DNA of 64,000 nucleotides from Eledone cirrhosa (lineage: Eukaryota): the NCBI GenBank assembly GCA_964016885.1, contig OZ024746.1:11718001-11782000 (forward strand), written 5' to 3'. A model generated the notes under the pieces. The model was not told where the DNA came from. It searched no databases and saw nothing but the letters and a program-made list of their open reading frames with translations. The first letter of the stretch is position 1. Each line of letters starts with the position of its first letter. Shown piece by piece: positions 38,916 to 51,798 of this stretch. Made by a program: the position numbers and the translations under genes.

Positions 38916-41099
38916 GTAAGGATAATTTATTATTTTCTTGCTGTTTGTGTATTTAAAAATATATATACTTGAGTCCAAGGAACAGGAGTAGGCACTTTCC
39001 AAGGTCCCTTTATCCTTTAAATGCCAAATTAACCTAGACCACTCAAGTATTCATAAATATATTAAAATTTCTGTACAGAAACACAAGTTGATATCATGCA
39101 GCTCTTCTGTTAATGATTAAATATTTTTATTGATACCAGTAAAAAATCATGGATTAAATTGTGTTGTATTTATTAAATATCATTACATATATACCTATAC
39201 CAAGTTCCTTTACTAGTTAACACATTAAACTATTAAACACAAATATATATATGTATGTGTATAGATAGATAAATAGATGTGTAACCATACAACACACATT
39301 TCTTTTTTAACTTGGTATTGTTCTAATACTTTTTGTATTTCATTCTTATTCCGTTCTTCTTTAATTCTACTCTGATAAAGGATTAAACCTGAAACATCAG
39401 ATCTTTTCCTTTCATTCAACATAAATATTTTTATTGTGCGTTTATTTTCTCCACTACATCTTATCTTTTGTTTACCTTGTTTTAATCTTTCATGCTGTTC
39501 AGTTGTCTGTCCTTTTTTTTCCACCTTAGTTATATGTTGTTTTACCTATATATATATATAAACAACATGATATGAAATTATTTGGAGTGTTGAGTGGGTA
39601 AATATTTTGAAAAAATTGTAGGAAGTTTGAACACAGAAATAACTGTAAAACAGCCAGCTGCTACAATGATCAGAGCAAAAAGTCAAGTTAAACAAAACCT
39701 CTTATGAACGGAAGAGCAGTTAGAGAAGAAAAGAGAGAGAGAGAAAAACATTTGGAGGGAGAGAGAATGAAAAGTATAGAGTATATAGCATATGATGAGA
39801 GATGGGATGGAGTTAGAGAGAAAGAAAGAGGGGAATGAAAATGATAGAACATATAATGTTGACATGGAAAAGTAAGAATGGGGTAACAGTGGAGAAAGTA
39901 AAGTTGGATAACATAAAACAAGAAACTATAGTGTTGGAACCACTTCAGCTTCCATCTAGTCACATGATTTTGTGTGGTAAGGAAGGATCATGTATTTAAG
40001 GCTAGCTTGTGCAACAGAATCAAAATTTCTGTTGGTGTGACATATATATATATATAGTTCAAGAATAAACAAGACAAACAGATATGCAAAAACACAAAGT
40101 CTTATTAGGTATGTGTGTGGGTGTATGAGGGGGTCATGCATTATTTTTGCAAAAAGATGTGATCTGAGATTAATTGTCAAGGGATAGTGTTATATTTTGC
40201 TAAAATCAAGTTTGATATCTTGCCAAATATTAAATACTATATATATCATTTATTATTTATTCATGTTTGCCATTTTAATTAGTTACTACATGTTTATTGT
40301 TAAGTAAACAGGTCATGGAGATATTGTAAAATACTCTGATTTTAACAATAGTTGATTAAAACAGACAACAATGTAAATAAGGAGTTAAACAAATATCAAG
40401 GTGCTGTGTGCTGCTATGTTCAACCCATGGAAAAGTGGAGGATGATGCCCAAATGAAGGGTTATTTATACAGCAAATGTATTTGCCAGTACAACTATAAT
40501 TGAACAATTCACACACAAACTCAGTATGTGTGTGTGTGTGTCTGTCTGTTTATTTGTGAGTCTACATAAAAATTGTAAATTCAATATTGTATTCAATGTC
40601 TAAGATTTAAACTGAGGTAATAACCAAGTGTTCAATATATTTATAAAGATTATTAAAATTATTTTATTTATTTTTATTTTTTCTAATTATTGTTTGAAAA
40701 AAATAAGGATATGTTTTGAGTTGGCACAAGGCCAAAAGCTATATATTGATTGGAGCAGCCTCAGGACATTACTGGTATTTATTTTGTTGATTCTAGAGAA
40801 ATATTAAGACAACACTGAAGGGATTTATGAACAGTATGTAGGGAGACAGCAGAAAACATTGTAAACTAGTCAAGGATTATACAGGCTTTTTTTTCTCCAA
40901 TTGCCACTCTTATAAATAAAATAATGAATACATTTAAAGAAATCAATGTCTTTTGGCAAAAGCTAAGAAAAACGTGAAATGTTCTTGGAAAACTGCCAAT
41001 GTTGATGAAAAGGTTAAAAAGTGTTTCTAATGAATCAACAGAAATTAATTGAAAATAAGTTGAATTTCGAACACCATAACATCATATATTATTATTATT

Positions 41100-42520
41100 A
41101 TCATCGTTTTTGTATCCATTTTTCCACACTTGCATGGGTTGGACAGGTTCTTCTCAGCACAGTATCTCTCCACTTATCACATTCCCTTGTCATCACCTCT
41201 GTGAGTCTCAGCAATTTGAGATCAACTCTCACCACCTCTGCCCAGGTCTTCCTTGGTCTACCTCTTCTGCTGCTTTCTTCCACCGGGATTTCCTGGCATT
41301 TCTTCACCCAGTGATCATCAACCATGCACATCACATGCCCATACCAATGCATTCTTCTCTCTTGCACACCACTTCAGACTTCTCTTAAACCCAATTTCTC
41401 TCTCAGTTCATCCAGGCTCTGTCCTCTGCAGTCACTGCCCATGTTTCACTACCATGGAATGTCACACTTCACACACAGGCATAAACAGCCATCCTTGTGG
41501 ACGTAGGAAGAAGCCTTTTTTGTCAACAGTGGGAGTACTCTCTAAACTTCTTCCATTCTATCTTTATTCTAGCTGTGTTGCTCTCATAGCACCTTCCTCC
41601 AGTTCTAATTGGGTCACCTAGATAGCAGAAGCTATCAGCTAGTTCTATTGATCCTTCATGTGGTTGGAAAAGGTTTATATCACTGACACTCTTCCCATTG
41701 ATTAACCCTGTGCATCTTCAATATACAAAGACTTTCCTTCCTATTAGTCTACCCGATATCACATGTGTCTTTATGCCTTTTCTACATATTGGTAGCCACG
41801 GAGTAGGCAGACCCAGAAAAACCTGGGACGACTTGATAAATTCCGACCTCACACACTTACACCTCTCCAAGACAATGTCACTGGACCGTTAAACGATGAT
41901 GATGATGATGATGATGATGAGCAGGGTCCTATCTACTTTCCTAATTACTAGCACTTTAGTTTAGGCTAAGTTTATTCCCAGCCCTTTTGATTCCAAATTC
42001 TGTTTCCTTAGTCAGAACTTATTTTGTAGTTCTTTTATGGATTCAGCTATAAGGACCAGATCATCTGTATAGAGAAGATCCCATGGACAGACATTCTTAA
42101 ACTTCTCTAAAATGGCCTGAAGAACAATGGTTAACAGCAATGGGCTGAGAATCAAACCCTAATGGACTCCTACCTGCACTTTGAATTCCTCACTATACTC
42201 ACTTCCTACTCTCACTTTACTGACAACTCATCTGTACATGGCTTGCACTGCTCTCACCAGCCATTCTTATACACATAATTTTCTTAAGGACCACTGAATC
42301 AACAAAAGCTAAATCTGGATTTTTTGGTTCACTTGATTTGTATGTGATCAGATAGCTGGCCAGTTTCCTGAGATTTGTGTTGCAAATGGTTTGTTCATTT
42401 GTGTCACAGACTTCCAAGAGCCTCACTCCCTCTTCGTTTCTTGAGTCATAATCATCACCTCCATGAACTTCAGTGAATCCATCTTGATACTGTCCATTGA
42501 AGTTGCCTGCCAGGATGACG
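41100..42520 (-). mobile_element. Old RTE LINE (RT core to 3' tail), interrupted by a younger insertion
   Basis: Minus-strand VGVH*GLILSPLL...CPWDLLYTDDLVLIAES (RT YxDD motif) near 42040-42190, and WYGHVM...GRPRKTW at 41101-41367. Confidence 0.85.
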
Positions 42521-42679
42521 AGGTCTCTATCATCAGTAGTTGAGGTTGTAACAGTAAAAGTTCCTCTTAGAACCGATCTTTTTGTTTTTACTCAGTCCTG
42601 CCTGTGATGCATAGGTAATTGTCACAATTCTATTTCCTACAGCTGTGTGTTTCTGTATATATATATTCAACATCATGGA

Positions 42680-43030
42680 GGCACATGGCTTAGTGGTTAG
42701 AGCATTGGCTTTGCAATCGATAGGTTGTGAGTTCAATTCTCAGACCGGGTGATGTGTTGTTTCCTTGAGCAAGACACTTTATTTCAAATTGCTCCAGTTT
42801 ATTCAGCTGTAGAAATAAGATGATAGGGAGTGGGGTCCCTATCATTCCACTGCAAAGTGGTCGTGTAGGTGCCACGGAAAAAAAGCACCCAGCACTCACT
42901 GTAAAGTGGACATGTAGGTGCCACGGAAAAAAAGCACCCAGCACTCACTGTAAATGAGGTTGGTGTTAGGAAGGGCATCCAGCTGTAGAAATCAAGCCAG
43001 AATCAGTTCCCGTCCCACCCTTGCAAGCAG
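42680..43030 (+). mobile_element. SINE family 2 copy
   Basis: Near-identical to 19321-19712. Confidence 0.88.
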
Positions 43031-44613
43031 GGAAAAGCGGACGTAAAATGATATATCATCATATATATATATATACACACACACATACACATGCATATCA
43101 TCATCATACATCCGTTTTCCCTGCTAGTAAAGGTTGGACATTTATATATATATATATATATATATTGTTGTTCCTATCTACTTGTTGCTGTGCTGATTAA
43201 CAGTCCCACCTTTGCAAGCAGGGAAGAGCGGACGTAAAATGATGATGATATATATATATATATATATTTGTGTGTGTGGCTCATCATTATCATTTTTATG
43301 TCCATTTTACCATGCCTTCCCCGAGTTTATAGGAAGTATCAGGTAACGTCACATAGATTATGATCTGCCCTTATGAAAAATTTCAACTATGTGCAAAACT
43401 GTGGCCTACAGCACTGGAACATACATGCATTTATACATGCACTCACGTTTATATATTAAGATAAATATTTATGTTTTTCTTGCCTACTATCACTACATCC
43501 CCCTACACACACATCACCACACTCACCGTAAACCTATAATTTCATACCTATCTACCTTCCCCTATCACCCTCCCCACAGAACAGAGAAGGCTCTTCAATT
43601 GGGGTATGACCCAATCTCTAGTGACAGTGCCATGAAATTACACCTGGTACACCCTGTAAGGTGGTTGGCAACAAGAAGGGCATATTAACATCACACATCC
43701 ATTGAAGCATGCTCTCTTCATTTCTCTCCAGCCTCTACATAGCCTCTGTATTTACTGCCCATGTATTATAATGTTGTTATATCTTTGAAAATGTTACTAA
43801 TTCCAGCTTCAGGTATTTTTTATATAGTTACATTTTTAGATTCCTTAGATATAATTTACCTATTCCATTCTATTAGTCAGGGGTTTGTGTGTCACACCGA
43901 CTACACACCTTCTCCATTCATACCTATCTATACCACATTGATATATCTGATCTATGCTAAGGCCAATGGAGTCTTGTATATTTTTTTACATATGTTAAGC
44001 ATGGTTGACCTCTTGTGGTTTTGGCCTCGTATTGTAGTGTATAAGGCATAGTGGTGGGCTATACTTAAAAAATGTCAATTTATCCCTTATTTGGACTGTG
44101 GTCTGTTTACTATCTTCTTTCTTCTTGCTACTTTTGAAAAAAAAGATTAACTCCAACACCCCCACCCCCACCCTATCTATTGATTCGGGCAGTTGAGTGG
44201 TGGACTAAATTTGAAGTAGTATATGATTTTCTTTGTGTTTTTAACTAAACTGAAATCGTCTTTGCTGAAAGAATTATTTCCCTTAGACACTGCTATAGTC
44301 AACTCCTGTGTGTAAATTTACTCATGATCTACTCCTGCGTTTATAAATTTACCCATAAATAATTATCAAAACATACATTCAATTTTTTTAATGTTGAAAT
44401 TACACTGTGATATCAAATATATATACATCTGTATCTTTAAAATGACATCCTTGTGAACATTTATTGTTCTTTTCTGAAGATTATAGGGTGATGTATATTT
44501 ATCTGATTCCATTTTGAAATTGCACCATTAAAATATTGTCCTATATGAAACAATTTGTAAAGAATAAACAATGTTGATAAGTGCATTTTGATACTCTTTC
44601 TCAAAATTCTGTT

Positions 44614-44656
<43 letters not shown>

Positions 44657-44707
44657 AAAATGGATATTAATTGATGATATATACAATTTTGTTATATAAT
44701 TTTACAG

Positions 44708-44774
44708 ACAACTCCAAGAGTTGGATAAAGAGCTTGTGAAATTGAAGAGTCACAAGAACCAGATTCAAGAGAAG
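44708..44774 (+). CDS. THOC7: THOC7 coding exon
   Basis: tttacag|...|gtaagt, 67 nt. QLQELDKELVKLKSHKNQIQEK (coiled coil); phase 2/0 bridges the flanking exons. Confidence 0.92.
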
Positions 44775-45549
44775 GTAAGTAAAAATACCTTTCACATCAC
44801 TAAATATCAGGTATTTTCCTATATAGTATAATATTACTTCCACATTACCATACTGAGTGTAATCTATAAGTATAAAGGATGATGTGTTCAAGTGCAAAGA
44901 TGCTATAAAAATAACTTATAAAATGGGAGAAGACCCTTAAAAACTGAAAATTTGACTTTGTACATTGTTTGTCTATAAAATTATATTTTGATTCTGTAAT
45001 GTATCTTCTTCAGTTCTTCTATTTAGTAAATGAAAAACAAAGTCATAGACTGGTAAATATTTTATAACAATAATCACTTGAATTTGACAAAATTACATAC
45101 ATTACAGCAGAAATAAATATTCTACGACTAATATTTAGCAGTATTCATCAGCATATCATTTATTCATGTTGCTCCAGTTGACTCAGATGGAGAAATGAGT
45201 TGTGATATCACTGGTGCCAAGTTGTATCAGCCTTTGGCTCTCCCTTGGACAACATCAGTGTGGAGAGGGGTGACTGGCAAGTATGAATAATTGCTGGTCT
45301 TCCATAAAAACATCATATTTGGCTTATGCCTCAGAGGGGAACATTCTATGTGCAGAACCCATGGTCATTTGTGACCAAAGGAGGTTTTTATCCTTTGAAT
45401 ACAAAATGAGTATCATCTGTTTCGTGTTCAATGTTTTGAAAAGAAAATATGGCTACTGACAGCTTGTATCCTGATAACTTTAGTGTCTATGATCAAGACA
45501 TATCACTAAAAGTTAACTAAAAACATAGAATTTTCAGCTGTTTGATTAA

Positions 45550-45950
45550 CCCTTTAGTATTTAACCCTTTAGCATTCACATTACTCTATATATACTTTTA
45601 TATTTTCATGGTAAAGGCTTTACCTTGCATAATTATCTCACATAATATAGAATCTATGAGGTTTTGAAAGTATTTATTTTGAGAACAATACCTTAACATC
45701 AGTTTGAGTGACCAATTACAGCCAGTTTCAACAGAAAAAGGTAGAGAATTCTGGCCGGTTTGAACATTAAAGGGTTAAACTGGCCGTATCTGACCAAAAT
45801 TTTCTCATCTCTTTCTGTTCAAACCGGCTGTAACCAATTACTCATACTGATGTTAAGGCATTGTTCTCAACATAAATAAAATCATTGATTCGATATTATG
45901 TGAGATAATGAAAACAATAATATATATAGAGTAATGTAAGTGCTAAAGGG
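45550..45950. mobile_element. Nested family-A MITEs in opposite orientation
   Basis: Inner + copy at 45565-45774 is flanked by TTAA (45561-64, 45775-78) and lies inside the terminus of an outer - copy bounded by TTAA (45546-49, 45951-54). Confidence 0.85.
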
Positions 45951-46280
45951 TTAATTCATTATTTATATACAATAAGTATAATCAACAAGAAAAAAACCTA
46001 AAGCCAGGAGGGTCCCTAGTTGTTCAATATTCCTGTATTATTTATAGTTAAGTACACAGTAGTTCATTATATAATTAACAGATGTTATATTAGCTTGTAA
46101 TGCTAAAATTAAGTTGTCCTATGAACATGAAGAAGGTAGCAGCAAATATCAACTCTGGTAACCTCAAGAGAGAAAGGGTCTGAAATCAGCAGAATCACCC
46201 ATATAAAGCAGTTAAAAAGAAAAGAAGGATAAAGACTCATGACATTTGTTGCATTATATTTCCCTCTTGTCTATTTTCAG

Positions 46281-46350
46281 TTGGATTTAAGACGCAAACA
46301 GTTTCATGTTTTAATATCTGCTATACATGACCTGGAGGGCATTCTTGAAG
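46281..46350 (+). CDS. THOC7: THOC7 coding exon
   Basis: ttttcag|...|gtaaat, 70 nt. LDLRRKQFHVLISAIHDLEGILE, cf. LELRRKQFHVLLSTIHEL. Confidence 0.96.
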
Positions 46351-47202
46351 GTAAATATCACCATTTAGACATCCTGGGGTATTGGTTTCCTAAATCTCTT
46401 CACATAAAAATAAATAACTCTTATACACTAAGATTAACTAAAGATCTGACATATTTCTTCTATTATTATCACTAAATTAATGGAGCAGCAGAAATAGTTA
46501 AGTACCCATCAAAATACATTGGGTGGGATGTTTAGTTGCGCGTATTTATATTCTGAGGTCAAGTTAACCTTTTGTCCTTTCACAGTCAATAGAATAAATA
46601 CTAATAATCTACTGATTACTCTGCAGTCACTTATCAAAAATGTCTGGTCTTGTACCAATAATGATAATCATTGTACAGAATTATTAGAGTGTTGGACAGA
46701 ATACTTTGCAGTGTTTATTATGACTTTTTACACCCCGAGTTCAAAAATCACTGTGGCCAACTTTGCTTTTCATCCTTCTATGAGTCAATAAGATAAAGTA
46801 CTAGTAAAATGCTGGTCTTGTGTCTAAATTAGAAACCATTTAGAGAATTGGATTAGTAGAATCATGAGAGTGTTTCACAAAAGGCTTCGTGGAATTTGCT
46901 CCAGCTGTTTACATTCAATGTTCAAACTTTCTGAAGTCAAAATAAAGGTACCAGTCACTTGATTTGCTAGAAATAGCAGCCAAATTGCACCCTATTATCT
47001 TTAAAAGAGAAAGATATATTAGACAATGTAATCCTGCTTGGCTAGAGTTAAGACCAATAAATGCAATGCAGTGTTGAAATGAAGGGGAATTTGAGGAGAA
47101 AAAACATTGAAATTGTGAAGTGTCAATCATCTCAACAAATATTCTGGCAATATAGACAGCTGCCAGATGAAATGTACAATAGCTTGATATTATTTCAGTC
47201 AG

Positions 47203-47386
47203 GGCGGTGGATTGGCAGTATCAGTAGAGGGTCGGACGCCATGCTTTCCAGCATAGTTACGTCCCTTTACGATCTGAGTTCAAATCCCGCCGAGGTTGAC
47301 TTTGCCTTTCATCCTTACGGGGTCGATAAAATAAAGTACCAGTAATGCACTGGGTAATTGCTAGCCTTGTGCCTAAAGTAGAGAGA
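47203..47386 (+). mobile_element. SINE family 1 full-length copy with 14-bp TSD
   Basis: TSD ATTATTTCAGTCAG at 47189-47202 and 47387-47400. Confidence 0.92.
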
Positions 47387-49360
47387 ATTATTTCAGTCAG
47401 TTTAAGACTTTTTATTACAGGGAGATAACTCTGATTAAGATTTTGTATGTAGTTATCCATTGGAGTTGGTGAATTAGCAATCGTGAGAACGTTCAATAGG
47501 AAAAGAAAATACCAGTCCAGTTCAGAGGTCGATTCTTTCTTTATAGCTCTCTCTCTCCTTTAAAAGAAATCAGTTATGTTCAAATAAAGGGAGGGGATGG
47601 GCTCTACCAGATTTAAAGTAGCTAAGACGTGACATGTCATGACAGTGCCCCAACAACTGAGGAGTTACATGTCCATACATACATATCCACTTAATTATTC
47701 AGTATATAGATGTCTGTTGTATAAAAGATAAAGTGTGTATTAGCCTTAAACAGAACTTAGACAATGCATATTGTTGTCTACTGTGGCATGTTTAGATGAC
47801 TGACAATAACATGAGATGCAAAGACAATCACATATTCGACTTGTTTCAAAGAACAAGGGGCATATTAAACATACAGAACTATTATATTAAGCCCTGATTA
47901 TTTGTTTGAAAACGTTGACAGTTCTCACTTGTCTCCATAATTTAAAAAAACAAAAACAGATTTTTCATCTGACAAGACCTGGAGAAAATTAATAAGCATT
48001 GTCAGAAATGTTGAACTAATAAATCTTCAAATGCAGAAAAACCTTGTACATCAATTTAATGATCCAGTTGATCTTATATGTGTATACATATATCAAGTTT
48101 AATATAGAACTGTTTCATTCAAAAGAAATTATCAGGGCTTTCTTGAAGGACACATTAGAGAAGACAAGATCATAGTTGGAGTGCCTTTGATCATGTCTTC
48201 TTCATCAAGGCTAGCCTTAGGGGACATTCATTTTTAACTTGATGCTCATTGTCCATGTGTATCTTGTCTATACCTATACAGTTAGCTTTCTTGCTCACAT
48301 CAGATACCTTTCATCTTAACCAGCTCTCTCGGCTTACCTGTGCTTCAATTTTATGTCATATTTGTGACTCATACCATTCCAGTCTTTGCATGCTTTCTGT
48401 ATTCAAATCCATTGCCTTGCTCTTTACATCTGCTTCATTTAGTCTACCTAGTATGGAAAGATAAACTCTGTTATTGTGTATTACTAATGAAACATACCTA
48501 TGTTATGTAGGTAATTGGACAAATCACATGCAGTGATTTATGATATAGAGTAGAGAAGTAGTCTGCACATGTTGCATTTTCTCTTTCGGCCAATCCTTTT
48601 CTGTGTGTCTATTCTGGTGATGGCTACAGCAGCATTATGTGAAATGAACTTGGTTGAGTTCTACAGATACTGTCCATTTAAGTTTATTATTGACCCTCCA
48701 AAGAAAGGGTTGGAAGGACTCTTTAGTTGTGTAGAAGGCAATTAAATCTCCTTAAGTGCTGGTGCTGCAATAGAATGCACTCAGTAGAGCATGGGAACAT
48801 GTTTAAGCAAGATGCAGGCCCCCGGACCATCTGAGAGGTTAGTAGCTCTGTCTGAGTACTGACTCAGCCTAGGAAGACCTACCAAACCCTTGCTAGTCAA
48901 GAAGACAGACGTTAAATAATGATGATGAGAGTGTATACTAGAAATATTTGAAGCCAGATTATTATTAGATGATATTAAAGTAGTTGTTTTTGTGAGAGGT
49001 TTTCAATGATAGCATCTGCATAGTAAAGGATAGAAATGGATTCTTTAATCTAGCTATTGATAATCTCTCTAGTGCTGGTGGCATGATAAAATATATCCAG
49101 TCTATACTATAAGATATACACAACAAACTGGCCACAATTCTCTGACACAGATTCTGAGATGCTGTGAGACTTGTCCAAACTAAATCAACAGAGAAAAAAT
49201 GATGATACATATACATACTTATTAAAAATCAATAATGTATGTCTGTCTGTCTGTATATGATGAAGTAAGTACATCTGATGGGGGGGGGTATCAAAAATTT
49301 AACATTTCATTATATAGTTTGTGATTCATGTATAATTTTTTTTTTTTTTTTTATTTTTAG

Positions 49361-49395
49361 ATGATGAAAAGAAAGATGAGATGGAAACAAATTAA
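49361..49395 (+). CDS. THOC7: THOC7 last coding exon
   Basis: Long poly-T tract ending tag|, phase 1. (D)DEKKDEMETN*, an acidic tail ending MET like vertebrate THOC7. Confidence 0.85.
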
Positions 49396-49463
49396 TACTT
49401 TAAAGGATGTCATGTCACCTGTTTATTTCTTTTTTTTTAATATGTATATTTGATTTATTTCTA

Positions 49464-49476
49464 AATAAATATTAAA
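49464..49476 (+). terminator. Candidate THOC7 polyadenylation signals (AATAAA, ATTAAA)
   Basis: AATAAA at 49464-49469 and ATTAAA at 49471-49476, about 70 nt after the stop, followed by T-rich sequence. Confidence 0.5.
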
Positions 49477-49649
49477 CTAAATTCCATTTTTATATTTTGC
49501 TCTATTACCAACAAATGTATGGTCATACATCACTTTATAGATTTCAGCTCACATATTTCTGCTTGAGGTGATGAGAGGATGTCATACTAAACTGGGTATA
49601 AAGTGATAAAATAAAGACTTCTGTTCTTATGTTGCAAGATTGAATTATA

Positions 49650-50621
49650 CAGGTTGCTCAGTTCTTTGAAGACAATTGCATGAAGCATAAGTCATGAAAG
49701 AAGAGCTTTATTTGAGAAAACATTGGCAGGAATATTCTTGAAACTCTTCTTGACCCATCTACTCAATGAATCCAGTTAGCATCAATGACTGCTTAAATAT
49801 GAAGTCCGAAATGTTGACATGCCTGAATCATATGGTCTTTATTTTGGACACTATGCTAGGTATGGCAGACTTCAGCGATTTTAGTGTTATGGGGCCATTG
49901 GTTGATTTCCCTCTCCACTATGCTTCATACGTAGCCCCACGGATTCAGGTCAGGAGAGCAAGTAGGTTTGGGGTGACATGATCTTGGAGATTCTAACTCA
50001 TCCATTCTTGGGTCATCTTGGCCTTATGAGACGATGCAGTCTTGTTGGTAGGTCTAGTCTTTCTTTGTTCATGCTCTCTATCCAAGGCCTCACAACCATC
50101 TCCAACAGCATTGACCTTTAAGCCCTGAAGAAAGAAGTGAAGAGACAAGATCCCTTCCTTGTTGCTCACGACTCCCAGAGCCATCAGACTTTCCTGAAAC
50201 TTTGTATGATCATCAGAACATCTTTAGGTTTCTGCAAAACCATGTCATTCCTTCCATTGATCTTTTGGTCCCAGTCAAAGTTTTTCTCATCAGAGAAAAA
50301 TCAAAACATTCCTGTTTCTGCGCTTTGTACAGGATTTAGAACCCTTAGCAAGCAATTTAATTTTGGCTTGTGCTCTAGAATCCCTATCAGTAACTTCCAG
50401 CTCTTTTGCAAACTTGAACAAGTGACTATGCAACTTTCAGGAAGCGAGCAATCTTTTAATCACTATGCTCTGTCTTTGAAGCAACGATTATAGCGTGCCT
50501 TTTCATTTACTGAGTTAGCTTAATGTCTGTCACCATTTATCTGAAAAGAAATGATAACCAGAACAAGTTAGAAAAAAATTAAAGCTATTAAAAGACGTCC
50601 TCAAAGAACTGAGCAACCCTG
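49650..50621 (-). mobile_element. Defective Tc1/mariner-superfamily (DD37D/maT-like) transposon
   Basis: TA|CAGGTTGCTCAGTTCTTTGAAGAC...GTCCTCAAAGAACTGAGCAACCCTG|TA. Minus-strand disrupted transposase: FFSDEKNFDWDQKINGRND, LGVVSN...HFFLQGLKVNA, HKAKMTQEWM, SPDLNP. Confidence 0.9.
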
Positions 50622-51798
50622 TAAGTTATTTCAAGTTAGCATCAAGAAGATATCTAACTTATAAATTCAGTTTCTCTTCATCAGAAAATGTAAGTTGATA
50701 TAGTTGGTCTTTTTGCTTTAACTTTCTCATTATTATATTTCTAATGAAATAGACTGTATTTTAATTCAGAATTTAGAGGGATTATTAATTATTTCATTAT
50801 CATGTTATTTCTAACAACAAAATATAAGATTGTTAGAAATCCTTTAAAATGGTTTTGTTTCATAGAATCAGAGGCAGTTTAAACCAGTTTAGGGTAGATT
50901 CACTGTATCGTATTGAATACTGGAAAAAAAGTTATATAAAAATGTTTTCTTTTGTATTAGTTTTATATTCCATTTTTCTTTGCTAACATAGTTGGGATCC
51001 ATCCTTCCAAAATTAAATTAGACATTTCTATACTGTTGTCACAATTGGATGTCCTTGCTACCATTAACTATTCAATCATAAGAAAGGTACTTATTGTTAG
51101 CCAAGCAAACTGAGGCAGCTTAAGTAGTGTGTGTTGAAAAAAGTTACAACTTTGACTAAATTGTGCTAATCTTGGTAAACCAAGATATTAATATATATTA
51201 ACCACATAACAAAAGTACCTCCTTTCAATTTAATTATTTTCTCCCTACTAAGCCAGATTTCTGATGTGTTGAGAAAAAAAAAAATCAAACAAAATAATGT
51301 AAGGTATTAATCCAGCATTCAACCATTGGCCCATTTTATTTTAAATGAAAGGTAGATAACAGTTCAGCTAATATTAGAGATATATGTGAACTGCCCATCA
51401 AAAAATAAAATCAATATAAATTAAACAAAATAAATATAATTCTGCTTTTTTATTTAAGTGGAATAATTAGATAGTGAATTGAAAATAGTTCTGTTTCATT
51501 TGTTTTATTAGAACAGAATAAGAAATTCCTATCACAGTTTGACATGCAAAAGGTCAAGGTTTTTATTCTTTAGGCTATGACTTTTAGCAAATAGATTATG
51601 TCATAATTTTTGTACATAAGGATCCCAATTAAGGAGCCAAAAAAATTATATTTCCCATTATCATGGAAAAATTTTTAAATGTCTATCCTTTTTTTTTCTT
51701 TTTCAACTTTGCTCAAGAATAATACTGCAAACAATTTTTAAGTTATATTTGCTTTGATGCTATTCAAGTATTTTGGTCAGTTAACTTCCATCAAACAT

